Shown here: positions 11,035 through 23,000 of the stretch, in pieces
Layout: every line of letters begins with the position of its first letter
Position numbering within the stretch: position 1 is the first letter of the stretch
NCBI GenBank assembly: GCA_009103225.1
Contig: RHPI01002533.1
Span: 895,368-959,367, forward strand
Reading direction: 5' to 3'
DNA length: 64,000 nucleotides
Source: Chlorokybus atmophyticus
Taxonomy: Eukaryota; Plantae; Mesostigma and Chlorokybus algae
Notes under the pieces: generated by a model
Databases searched by the model: none
Told to the model about the DNA's origin: nothing
What the model saw: the letters and a program-made list of their open reading frames with translations, nothing else
Program-made: the position numbers and the translations under genes

Positions 11035-11583
11035 GGAGGAGTTCTTAGGCAGGCACCACGGGTTGACAAGCTGCGCATGAGTCCGACAGCTAGACTCAAT
11101 GTTATAGGATAGTTTCATGCGCAAGTCGGCTGCTCAGTTGTGAGTGGACATACTCTCACCACTGCCCGTACATTGTATATATTGTGGGCTTTTAGGTGCA
11201 AGACCAAACAATCAGTCCAAGGTTTGTACAAGCTGCATGGCATGTTAGTGTTGGCTTACGGCAAGAATTGCCAACTTTTGTCAAATGGCAAGGGTCACAT
11301 ATTAACAGCAGTGTAACGGCAAAGAAACTGCCGGCTATGGCTGTCAGCTGTCCGTAACTACCGGTTAACGGCCGTCTGTGCACATCGACCAAAGGGTAAC
11401 TGGTTGACAACTCTCGGCCGGTTAGTGCCACTGACAACCGCTTTCGGCCCGCGGCCGTCTGCGTCAGTCCACTTAAGCCAACGGCAAACCCAACAGTCCA
11501 AAAGTAATATTTCAGGCAGCAACAGGCAGGCTCAGGCAGGCTCAGGCACCAGTCAGTCCCTCAGTCCTTAGTTAGTCACCGTG

Positions 11584-13817
11584 TAAAATTTGCGACGACA
11601 TGTGTGCTGAAAAGGAATCCCAGACAAGCAGCGCTCTCGCGCCAAAAACCCGCTTTGGCCGCTTGCGCATCACCGCCTTGACCCACTCACACGTGTGTGC
11701 CTCATCCATCTAGCCCGCTTCATTCGCCCACACCACCACACCATCTGGTATGATCAAATCAGAAGGCAGAGTCTTGCGCTTTAGAATGACGACTGGCGGT
11801 AGCTTGGTGCCGTCCATTGCACAGGCCAACACCACGGTAATGTTTTTCTTCTCGTTGCCTGTTCAATGAGTGTGAGGCCAGGCCATACATGTGTTGTGTT
11901 GTGCCAGAATCAGCATGCAATGATTGCATGATTGCATGCGCATGCATGCCTCACCTGTTGTTTTCATGGTGACAGTGCGGCTGCCTTGCTGGTTGACCGT
12001 GCGAGTCGCGGGCATGTCCACCGTGACTGGAACTTCATCCATGTTGACGACCTGACTGGAGGCATACTTGTGCCACTCCTTCATGAGGGTAATGAACATG
12101 CGGTGGCCCTTAACTTTTTGTGCGAGATCACGAGGGAGCTTCTGACCTACTTTAGTGCGTGCCCGTACAGTAAGATCATGGCGCACCATGAAGCGCACCA
12201 CCCAATTGAGGGAGGCCTTCAACTGCCACTTATCGCCATCATCATTGAGGTTGGCGTTGTGTTCAGCAATTAGCCGCTTGGCCTCCAGCTGCACACATGC
12301 ATGTTGATTGAGCTATTGAAGTGCTGGTGTGTGCGTTTGCTGAGTGTACCAGCGTGCGTGTGTGTGGTTGTGCCCTTGAGATACGTGTGCGTGTGCGCGT
12401 GCGTGTGCAGTGCATTGTTGCATGTGTGTGCATGTGTGTGCAGCTGCGTGCGTGCGTGTGCGTGTGCGTGCATGAGTGCGGGCGCGAGTGGTGCAGATGC
12501 GTGCGTGTGAATGCGTGTGTGTGCAGCTGCGTGCGTCTGCGTGTGCATGTGCGTGTGCGTGTGGGTGCATGAGTGCGGGCACGAGTGGTGCAGCTGCGTG
12601 CGTGTGAGTGCGTGTGTGTGTGCAGCTGCGTGCGTCTGCGTGTGCGTGTGCGAGTGGTGCGTGGGTGTGCAGCTGGCGCAGCTGCGTGCGTGAGTGTGTG
12701 TGTGTGCAGCTGCGTGCGTGTGTGTATGCGTGCGTGAGTGGTGCAGCCATGTACGTGAGTGTGTGTGTGCAGCTGCGTGCGTGTGTGTATGCGTGCGTGA
12801 GTGGTGCAGCCATGTACGTGAGTGCGTGTGCAGCTGCGTGCATGTGTGTGCGTGTGCGCGTGCGTGTGCGTGCGGGAGTGCGTGTGCGTGTGCGTGCGTG
12901 CATGGTTTAGCTCCGTGTGCGTGTGCATGCTAGAGTGGTGCAGCTGTGCGCGTGCGCGTGTGCGTGCAAGTGCGTGCAGCCCTTGATGCAAACACAAGTG
13001 TACCACATGCATAAACATACCCTGATCATGCCTTGTGTCACTCCCAACCCACGCGACCTCTTATCAACAATGTAAATGTACACAAGAGTGTCAAGCTCTG
13101 GAATTGAGAGTGTCCTCCCGCCACCCTTTAGCCTACAGTCACTTGCACATGCAGACATGATCTCTAGCTCTTGCTTAAGCCAGTTCCGCAAGCTCTTGGC
13201 GTGGATGCCGTGCTCACGCTCAGTTCTTTTAATGCCAAGATGCTTGGCAATGTCAATGAACTTGCGCTGCCATGTAACACTTTGTTAGTCACGCCAGCCA
13301 GACACATAGCACGCAGCAACAGTGCATGCATGCATACACATGCGTCACGTGCATGCAAGTGTGTGAGCGTGCATGCATTGTCAAAGCACGCAGCACAGCT
13401 AAGTACACGTGCAAATGCACACCCTTATTGTGCTGAGCAGTGATAGCATGCATTGTCACAAGTACACACAGCACACAACACTGCTAAGCAAACTTGCATA
13501 TGCACACGCTGATTGTGCTGAGCAGTAACAGCATGCATTATTACCAATACACAAAGCACATTGCATAAACATACCTTTTGGTGGCATGTGAATGCTCGCC
13601 GCTTGTACCTCCTATTGCGCCCGTTGTTGGTGCGGGCAGCATTGACGCGCTTCTGGACGCCGGTGGGCCGCTCACCACCGGCGTCCAGCTGCTCTGCTGC
13701 CGCCTCTGTCGCCTTGGCTGCCGCCTCTGCAGCTATCTTGGCAGCCTCCTCGGCAGCAGCAGCTTCTCTTTCCAGGCGGTTGCGCGCTGCATGCCTTGCA
13801 GCTCTCGCCCCCACCAT
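11584..13817 (-). pseudogene. pogo-family transposase (Brinker DBD + CENP-B HTH + DDE_1) with a premature stop and 3' truncation
   Basis: Exons 13817-13575, 13266-13021, 12288-11955 and 11858-11584 splice in frame. Motifs: RRAFTCHQK/RKFIDIAK..SLRNW, KGGGR, KASLNWVVRFMVRH, NMDEVP, TGNEKKNITVVLAC..DGTKLPP, VWDSFSAH. TAG replaces an expected Trp at 11712-11710. The third catalytic Asp is absent. Confidence 0.85.
12295..12965. repeat. Low-complexity (TG/CG)-rich minisatellite with recurrent GCAGCTGCGTGCGT units, inside a pogo intron
   Basis: Directly visible; it includes two near-identical units of about 63 bp at 12705-12830. Confidence 0.85.
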
Positions 13818-14180
13818 GTTCACCGCCGCCCCACCTCAACAACCTCGCCAACCAGCTCAACAACCCTAACGCCGCTGTTTCGGCGCCAGAAAACCCCAAT
13901 TACGACCATGGGCGTAACTTGAAGGTTGGATGACGTATCTTGGGCGGGGACTGTGCTGCGCCCAGCTACACAACACAGTCCCCCCTACTGTAACACAGTC
14001 CCCCCCCGTACACAGTCCCCCTCAGCAAAATCGAGGGGGGGACTGTATAAAAAGGGGGGGACTGTGTTGGGGTAAATACGGTAATATACATTAGCAGGCT
14101 AAAACATGCTCATGACCGTGGCATTGCCACGGCCGTGGGCGCCACCGCCGCCGCCGCAGGCTACTGCGCAGATTACTGCG

Positions 14181-14389
14181 CCGTATTTCGCGACTGCCGC
14201 CTCGCGGTAGATGCCAGATACGGCGGCGGGTTACGTTGCGTCGTGTCTTTGACGCGACGCAGCGTAACGCCGCGCGTGAAAACTACCCCCCTGGATAATA
14301 GGACCCTCCCTTTAATACAGCACCCCCCCAAAATAAGGGGGGGGGGGTGGGGGTGTTTGTAAGAGGGGTTTGTATTCGACGAAATACGG
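14181..14389. mobile_element. Possible pogo-derived MITE or isolated terminus (209 bp)
   Basis: 10-bp inverted ends CCGTATTTCG (14181) and CGAAATACGG (14380-14389). TA on the right flank only. Internal C-rich/G-rich palindrome typical of pogo ends. Confidence 0.4.
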
Positions 14390-16320
14390 TAGTGGGCTTG
14401 GTGTAACTACGATTGTAGCATACAAAAGCCACACTGGCTTGTGGCTTAATCCCTTAACCGCAACCATATACCGTAAGTTACGGTACACTTCTTGCATGAA
14501 ATTGGCCGTCACTGACGTCTGCAGGCTAACACGTGTGCGTTGTATCATAGCGCAAAGCAAATTGCATGCAAAAGTACATATCGATCGTGCATGAAATCAT
14601 GATGTCAAACCTCTAATTTGTTGATGCACTTATCACGGCTGACCTACACCGGTAGATTTATACAACGGTTGATATGTATCATAACCAGGTCATAAGTTAT
14701 GACGCATCATAATTGAAATTTTATAACCGTAATTACTTAGCGGAAGATTGGGGTTGATGATTAAGTGCAATTTGAAGACACTTGTACGAGGCACCAACTT
14801 ACGCGCTTGAAGTGGGTGCATAGTTTATCGGTATGTCAGTGTGCATAAGCTTGGTTAGTGCGTACATGCACTCGTTCTCGCTTGGTTGTGCATACACCAT
14901 CTGGAGCCAGATTGTACAAGCGTTTAACACAATCACCCACACCATGACTTTAAGGCTCTGAATTTGTGTACTGTATACGTCATACATTTACGATGTTGAT
15001 AACATGATTGCGGAATTAAAGCAAATTTTAATATCATTCACTGTTGGTTTATAGCTTCATAATTGAGCTGAACAGTTAAAAGTAGAAGTTTACTTGATTG
15101 TAAGCACTGAAAATATGATATATCAAATGTTACAAATGCTTAATACAATCATCTATTTACGTATGGCAAGTTAAGGGCCCGAGATACAAGAAGTTGCACT
15201 ACATTTGTAGGGGAAAGGTTGAACGATGATTAAGCAGAAAACACATAATATTGCATGCATCGGTATGAGAGGTGATGCAAAAGTCGAAGATGATATGCAC
15301 GGCACAATACAATATGCGCAGCCAACAAGGATACTTATGCATGCTGGCTTGGATTAAGTGTGCAAATGCATCCACATGGGTGCGCATGTGTGGCGTAGAT
15401 AGGATGAGCTCGTCTAGGGACACATATAATGAATGCGGGCAGCCACATGGCAACTTCCTTATCATAGCGCTTCGTGTTCAATGCTGATGAACCAATGTCT
15501 CCACACAGTTGGCCCTGGTTGTGGTGTAAAGCACAATGCTGCGTGCCAAAAATACATCAGCAAGTACGGCTGCTGTACAGCAGGATGTGCTTGTGGACGT
15601 GCGATTTGTTGATATTCTTCATCAGTGCTAACAGAAGCAACAGAAGTAATAACCACAACCCTGTTACTCAAGTTGCATTAACAATACACAGAAACATTTG
15701 GAGGAGGGTGCAAGAGTGTGTACAGTATATGGCATTGCACACGTTGCTGCAACTAAATTAATGGGCATGGGTCAGCACACATGCTTATGCATCATCACCC
15801 TGATTGCATTGCACTAGCATCGCCTTGTAATGTACACATGCAATTGTACATGTCGCGTTCATCACATATGCGGGTAAGTGAGTATGTCAATGGCACATGG
15901 TACAGCACAACATATGAGATTCCTAGGCTTGCTCGGATGTTTAGGTACAATCTTGTAAGTCGCTGCAGTTGCACTACCAGCCACAATGTTATGCATAAAC
16001 TGGTAGCGCTCATAATAGTTACGTCTTCTCCAGGTCAGACCTTGAAGATGGCTTTTTGCTTTGCGTATGTCCTTATGCAATGCATAAACATGCCCATGCA
16101 CGACAAACACCAAAACATCAGTAGCAAATTCAGCAATCACCACAACAACAGTAGCAAAATCAGCAATGACCACCACAATACTACAAAAGGGTGAATGATA
16201 CTGCCAAGTCAGCAACTCAACCTCATCCGCACATGCCACTAAACTGGCTTCTAGCCAGTTATACTAAACACGTATTACATATAACCCTACATGGAAGACA
16301 CTCATAGCCGGATCCTGCAC

Positions 16321-17052
16321 CTAATCCAGGAAACCAGTTTGCCGCAGCACAGCGTTCCTAATACGACGTGCTGCTTGACCTTTCAGTGTGCAGCCCACAC
16401 CCTCAACAACCGAACCCGGTTCCATCAGTCCACCCTTTGCCGCATATGTCATGGCGCCGCCACGCTGACCGACCTCCTGCATAGCTAACAACACATGTGG
16501 TGGAACGAATCCATTGCTGAAGCCTACAGCCTTGGCCTTCTGACCAAAGGGATGCTCTTCGTCGCTGTCGTTGTTTAGGTCCACCTTTTGCCAAGCTCGT
16601 GTCAACGAACGCGGAACTGCTACGGGTGCAGACTGAATCCAGTTGGGCACTTCTGCAGGCACAGGGGATGGGCCTCTCTGAGGCACGCCCCATGGTAGCG
16701 CTTGCGTGCCAGGGCTGACAGCTGTCAAAGCTGATACCTGGCTGCGCGCACTTGGGTTGCGAGATAGTGTTGGGCCTGCTGGTGGTAGTGGCCCCCGAGA
16801 TGAAGGACGTGGTATTATGTCAGGTTGCTTGTCTCTGAAAGGGAAGGCGCTGTTCTGCTTCAAGCTCGCCCTTGACATATAGACATGGTCTGAGACATAG
16901 TCGTCACCATCCTCCGCATGCGACACGCTTGCTTCTTCTTCATCACTGGAGTATTCCGCATCCTTGCGCGTGAAACTAGTAGCTTCCTCCCCCCAAATGT
17001 CAGACTCGTCCAAGTCGCCAGAGGCAAAATCACCTGCCGCAGAACGTTGCAT
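16321..17052 (-). CDS. Senescence regulator S40 / DUF584 family protein (PF04520)
   Basis: Single-exon 243-aa ORF with DLDESDIWG, QSAPVAVP, VPPH and GSVVEGVGCTLKG..RIRNAVLRQTGFLD*. Confidence 0.9.
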   Translation of the reverse strand: MQRSAAGDFASGDLDESDIWGEEATSFTRKDAEYSSDEEEASVSHAEDGDDYVSDHVYMSRASLKQNSAFPFRDKQPDIIPRPSSRGPLPPAGPTLSRNPSARSQVSALTAVSPGTQALPWGVPQRGPSPVPAEVPNWIQSAPVAVPRSLTRAWQKVDLNNDSDEEHPFGQKAKAVGFSNGFVPPHVLLAMQEVGQRGGAMTYAAKGGLMEPGSVVEGVGCTLKGQAARRIRNAVLRQTGFLD

Positions 17053-17354
17053 CCATCTCGATCATGCAACAGTCGCAATGAATCAATGTGGACAACACGG
17101 CTATTTGCTGCATGATCAAGCAGCATGCACAAGGCATATGGACAGCAACCACCATTGCATACTAACCTGCCGGCGCAAGGCGTGGAGGACCCTCCCGGAC
17201 TTCCTTGAGTGCGACAAGCGCTCGACTTGTAGACACCTCAATGCTAAGCGAGCAACCCGCAGCCTCCCAAGCGCTGGATCTGCCAAGAGTCCCACACATC
17301 CTGTCATTACTCAATTGCAACTAGCATCATTCAACAACAGACGAAGGCAATCAC

Positions 17355-19344
17355 TCACGCCGTAGGTGACGATTCATCGCGTGACAATGGACTCTTGCCG
17401 GCCACAGACGTTGGTGTGGGATCCAATGAATGATATGCCTCAAGGGGACACTGGCTAACTGTGCTTGTTTGCCCAGGTTCCAGCAGACCTTCCAAGCTCA
17501 TCTGTAAATGGAACCTCAGTAAAATGCTGTCAACGAGCATGACAGGTAAAAAGCTCAAGAAGGCAGTATAGCAAGATCAGCTTGATGCACGGATGGTAAA
17601 CCTTGGCTACGCCGTAATACACAGCATCTGCAAAATCTTTGCGCGCATCGCTATCATGCTCATGATCGCGCGCATAGCTGCCAAGCTCAAAAAGCAATGT
17701 AGCCCCAGCCTGCACAAACACCAGATGACATAATGCATCGCGCAAGCGCTGTGCCAGTGATGCCAATGGCGACTAGAACCAATACCTTAACTTCTGCCAG
17801 CAGATCGCTAGCCTCTGCTGGAGTAAGTAAAATGTACATGGGAGTTTTCCAAGCCACGCAGCCACTCTCAAAGTCCAAACGACCATCTGATGATGCACAG
17901 GCGTTGGAGATCAGATGCAGCACAATCGGAGACATGTGCAACACAAGCAGGGAACGGAAAGAACAACCTGCAAGCACGGCAGGCTTGTTCATGCGTGCGG
18001 GTAGACACAAGCTTATCAAGTAAGAACGCGGTGAAGTTGTTGCCTGCAACCACATACTGTTAGTGGCAGCTGTCTGACAGAGTACCGCTCAGTGATCATG
18101 ATCAGCCAGGCAAGCAAGTGCACCTGCATATATACAGCTGGTGGTAACGGTTGAGCTGAAGTCACACTGATGTCTAGAACAAACGCGTTGGTCATCTGGG
18201 AGGAGACGTTCTGTGAAGTCACCAAAACCGCCTGTAACTCAACAAGCCACTCTGTTGGGGAGCTCAAGCTGATCGGGCACATGAGTCTGCTTTCACTCTG
18301 TGTCACGAGTCCCGCAAGTGACACGCTGGCCTTGCCCAATGAGCCTGACCAGGTGCCGCCCGCCTTCGCATATTGCAGTGCAACAATGAGTGGCTCTTCC
18401 ACCAGCTGCCGTATCCCGTGCCAACCAGTGTCCACCTGCAGGTGAGAGGTTACGGCGCTAATCAATATTATCCAACGCAAGCTTGTGTGTCAACAGATGA
18501 AATGCCGCCAACAGGTGCATTAGATTCACCACTTCGAAAAATGACTAGTAATTCCAGACGTGCACAGCAACCACCAGGTGTCCAACGCAGTCGGCACGTG
18601 CTGTAAACCCCCTACACTACATCTGCTTATCACGCAGACGGACATACTGTGGACGTAACTTACTACTATATGCAATGGGACAGCTTTAAAGTCGCAAACC
18701 GCCAGCGCACAAATCCATCCTTTGGCTCACATCTGACAATTGTCGTCAAAGACTGCTTGAACTTGTGGGTATCTCCCCCACTGCAATGCTGCCATCTATA
18801 GAGTTGCGCTTGGATTGAACTTACTCGTAAATGAACATGAGAGTTGTGTTTGCAGACGCTAGCGCGAGTTGATGATATCTGATGCTGTCACTGCAAGCAC
18901 AGGAGCAACAAGAAAGGAGCGACACTTCAACTGCATGCGTGCTGCCATGTCACTAGTAGACAGACAACCCTACGGCTAAGGCCTTGCGGAATCGGAGGTA
19001 GCACACCAAGGACAGTGCACACCAAGGTACACTTGCTGATGCTGCACACACAGGTTACCAACCTGCCAGGTATGGCGTAGGAGGATATGGAAGGTACCGT
19101 CCGGTGCCACAGGCGCCGGATCGCTCTCAACCCAGGAGCCTGCAGCGGCTGAGGGCGACAAGGAGGAGGTGGAGCAGACCCACAGCGACGCCCTGACGGC
19201 GGTCGGCAGGGGCGGGGCGCGCGCCCTGTCGCTGCTCCCACCCCAGACAAACCTCCCCGGCGTGAACGAAAGACGAACTGTGCACCCTCCCAGAAACCCG
19301 CCGTCCCCGCCGTCCGCCGCCGCCGCCGGCGTCGCCGCCGCCAT
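17355..19344 (-). CDS. CFAP70-like protein consisting only of the N-terminal (non-TPR) region
   Basis: Spliced exons align collinearly with the N-terminus of the CFAP70 gene in this window: LSFTPGRFVW vs LSFSSPGRLTW; ESDPAPVAPDG..HTWQ vs ESEPANVGPDG..HTWK; GCVAWKT..LTPAEASDLL vs GCVMWDS..LSPTDADKLL; LLEPGQT in both. Stop at 17355-17357. Confidence 0.7.
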
Positions 19345-20057
19345 CACCACCTCATAAAGCCAAGGCTTCAGGGCGCTGCTAGCTGGGCACTTAACCTGCC
19401 ACGAACCGAAGCGCCATGTGCGTACCCTTCGATTACGTGTTCGACAGCCGGTTACGACGCGTAATGGGAATCATCGGAACCGGTTCGGTCCGAGCCGGTT
19501 TGCTTGCTGGGCTCGGTTACAGTGAGCAGCAGCGTGTTTACAGTTACGATGCCGCTCAATTTCCGGCATTTGGCCTGGCCCGGCCTGGCGTGGTCTGGCG
19601 TAGCCTGGCATGTCCCTTTTACCACTTCAGGCCGGCATGGAGTTGCGGAGGCATCAATCGTGACGCAACTGCTGCGGTAAGTTGCTACAGCAGACATGCG
19701 TCGTTGATCGATGCTGTTGAGGCAGAATATGAGCACAGCAAAGCAGCGGTAGTGATAAAGCGCTTGTCGTCTCGCTTGCAGCTTTGTGCAGTGCAACGCG
19801 CCGTGTTTCTTGCTAATGTTTTGCTTCCTAGGCTTGGACTGCAACATGTAAGCCCGCCTCAATGGCTGTGACAGACGCATGCTGGGGTCTTTTATCAGCA
19901 CACAGCATGTAGAATGCACAACCACTTCTCTCACGGGGCATGCTGTGCTGCTTCTTGCGCTTTTACTTCCCATTGTGAGAAGACAGGTTGCATGCTAGAC
20001 GGTCACAATTGATTATGCTTGTCTTACAGGAGCAGGACCGGCTGAAAGTCAGTCGTC

Positions 20058-23000
20058 ATGGGGATCCTGTCTCCTGCGTCGCTGCCTGCTGTTCTGCTGC
20101 TGCTGCTCTTGGTGCTTCAGCAAGCTGCTGTAGGCTTGGCTGCGACAACAGCAGCACCATGGCAGCCGGCGCCGGCTGACACGGGCGTAATGCAGCTGCT
20201 TCGCGTGGGTGCTGATGATCGGGCGACGGTTGATCCAGAAGGACTGAAGGTCTTTCAGGTACTGAATGTCGCTTTCCACTGTTCCGTTGATCTTTGGGAT
20301 GCTGCAGCGGTTGCTATGTGCAGCGGTTGCTTGTTCATTATAGTAGGGGCAGATGGAGTGAAAGCGTCCCTGCTGACAGCATGCGTCGTTGCGTTTGCCT
20401 TGTGGTTGCTTGCTTAAACGCACTGTGAATTCACACTGCGTGTAGTGGTTCACTGTTGACAAGAGCAGGAGTAGTGTTTGTTGCCATGGTCGCACGTGGC
20501 ATGCACACAGTAGTCTTGCAACACGCTGCGTTCAGTCTGTCTAAGGGTATGTGCAGCGGAGATGGTGTGCACATTGACACATCGCATGCTTGCATTGCAG
20601 GAGGTCGTGCGACCATTTGCAGTAGTTGCAGCAGCTGGAGTCCCTGAATTGACAACAGCAATTCTGAATGCGCTCCTGCAGCAGCCCAATGTGTCCACCC
20701 CAGAACTGCAAGACGTATGGTATGAAATGCATCTTACCTCTTGCAACATGAAGTTGTGGTCAGCTTTTGTATTGAATAACAGTGTTGTAAGCACTGTTGT
20801 GCAGGGTGGCAGACATGCCGGTGACAACCAAGGTGTACGATCAAGACATTTCTGTCATACTTGTACAAGCCGTGTAAGCAAGCACGCCTTGACTGTAGCT
20901 TGTTTTGCCCTTATCAACGATCGTCCCGTAACCATCTAAAACTGCCAACACGCAGCATGCCAGGAATTTCACAGGGCAGCTTAGTGGATTCCACCCGGCG
21001 GCAGGCTGCAAGCATGGCGTTTATCCACAGCTTTGCGTCTTGCATAGTACTCGCTTCCCAAGTACGTTGACAAATCCCCATCCTCAGTGGTCCTGAAGCG
21101 CAGTCCAGTGACTCATTGACAAGGTGTTTGCAGTTCAAGTCAGATATCAACAGTCTCATCAGCGATTTGTTGCAATTGGCAAACCCAAGCCAAGCTGTGT
21201 ATGCTAGTCGTGTATGGGGGCCAAGGGGAGCTCAGCCACCACTGCCATCTGTGCTTTGGGTTATCGAGAATGCCACCAATGATATGGTCGACGCCGGACC
21301 CGAGTTCACCTTCAATGAGCTTGTAGCTAAAGGCCAGCAGTGGTCTGCCACCTTCGACATCTCAGAGGTGCGGAGAGGTGGAAAGTTGGCTGTAGAGTGC
21401 TGGCACATGTGGTGTCTGCATGCTAAGATGCGAGCAGTTGCGCAGGCAACAAAGGCACTGGCTGTTCAGGCGATGTTTCAGGGCATAGTGTTGATGCCAA
21501 TCGCATCAAGATTATCGCCAATAGCTGTTGGTGGTAGCGCCTCCGATGCTGACATGGTAAGCTTACAGCCAAAAACCCGTACTGTCAAACCATACACCTT
21601 CAAGGCATGATTGCCTAGTGCGGTTGCAATACACCACTGATATCGTATGCAGGGTAAGATTAGGGACCGAGTTGGTACACTTCTGAGACCAGCAACTGTG
21701 CAAGGCCAACAGGTGGCAACTCTGTGGTTTGAATGCACAATCATTGCATATTCTGATGCAATGTTTGCGCCCCACCAGGTTAATGGGAGTGACTTCGCAG
21801 CATACATGCAACGGCAGTCGATAGCCGGGGGTTTCAATGTGAGTGCTTGGATGCGTCACCTGACAAATGCACATTTATGTGCGATGGAGACAGAGTAGTG
21901 GACCTCAACTGCTGGTTGGACACTGCAGGCAACAACTCCAGTATCCAGCACTGCTCAACCAATGGAAGTCCGGATGTCTACTTTCGTGGACGAGCTGTGT
22001 ACACAGTTCAACCAACAGCTCGACGAGTTGCTCCCAAAGCTTGACACTCTCAGTAGACTGGATTTCAAGTCCAGGACGGAGTCGATTGCTAATGACACGC
22101 AACATAAGCTGTCCGAAAGAGCCACGTTCTGGGGGTGAGTTTTGGAGGACTGTGCATGGCTGCTGAGCTCATGGTTGCCACTCGCTCGTTCAATGAGGGA
22201 TGTCAGTTGTTACTGTGTTGTGTACAATGAGCAAGAAGCTTGGTAAGGGACTGTGCTAGCAAACTAGCTTTTTAGCCTGTTTTGCTATCTATGGCAGTGC
22301 AGCTCCTTTGAGATCCAGTTTAGCGCAGTTTGACTGTTGTTAACATGCGACTGTATGGTCGCTTGTACCTCCAGTTACAAGCTCGCTGGCACGGAGGCAG
22401 AGGCTCGGCTGCGTCATGTCATTGAACAACGCATAGCAGCACTGACAGCCGAGTTCCAAAACAAGGGCAGGGCTATGTATGAAAAGGTGAGCAGATTGCA
22501 GGTTTGCCTTGAGGTATGCAGTTTCCTAACTGTTATAGCTGAGCGCAGACAGAAGAAGAGCAGATACAGCGTGCCCGTACGGAAATGATGGATATTGTTA
22601 ATGACAATCCTTTGCTAAGCTCGCGCGAGTTTGATTCAAAGATTGATGACATAGTACTGGCTGGTGAGGATTCCTTGCGGAGTGCTGCAGCTTCAGCCAA
22701 GGTCTGAAGAGCACGGCGTGTATGCCGTCATTTGGGCTGTGCATTTTCTTTTTAAATCTGACCTTGTTAGTCTGAACTTTTGTTGTTTAGCTGGACAACC
22801 AGCAGCAGTATGTGGACAAGTCGAAGTTGTACATCGTGGCACTGAGGGCCCAAGCCGTGCAGGCGTATCGTGCGGTTAGTGACTGCAGTTCAACGCGCAA
22901 ATCGATTTTCATATCCTTGTGTGCACGACTCACGCAAGTTGAAAAACTGCAGCGAGTTGAGGCCATACTGAAGGCTCTTTACGAAGATGCAAGGCGATCT

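Larger units (their letters stand above)
1..11583. mobile_element. Putative large Plavaka (CACTA/EnSpm-like) DNA transposon carrying three cargo genes; left end outside the window
   Basis: Contains an intact Plavaka transposase gene. The right boundary reads 5'-CACGGTGACTAACTAAGG on the minus strand (ending 11583), preceded by clustered CAGTCC/CAGGC subterminal motifs (11213-11567). It abuts the exact point where the neighbouring pogo ORF is truncated. The left TIR and TSD are not visible, so the extent is inferred. Confidence 0.55.
11584..14081 (-). mobile_element. pogo/Tigger-type (Tc1-mariner superfamily) DNA transposon, 3' part missing
   Basis: The terminus reads CCGTATTTACCCCAACACAGTCCCC on the minus strand from 14081 and is flanked by TA (14082-14083). 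Subterminal ACAGTCCCCC inverted repeats at 13945-14067. The transposase gene lies inside. Confidence 0.8.

Noticed and set aside
12263-13018. His/Thr/Cys/Val-rich ORFs (also at 26.5, 28.9-29.5, 48.7-49.4 and 53.6-53.9 kb)
   Set aside because: These are translations of CA/TG or TA microsatellites in introns or intergenic DNA.
14400-16250. Short ORFs and a roughly 30-bp tandem duplication (about 16118-16180) in AT-rich DNA
   Set aside because: I found no protein motifs in the frames I read; treated as ordinary intergenic sequence.
19416-19973. 151-aa and 173-aa ORFs between the CFAP70-like and GBP-like genes
   Set aside because: No recognisable motifs. The region fits a divergent promoter plus intron-containing 5' UTR, with a splice acceptor just before ATG 20058.
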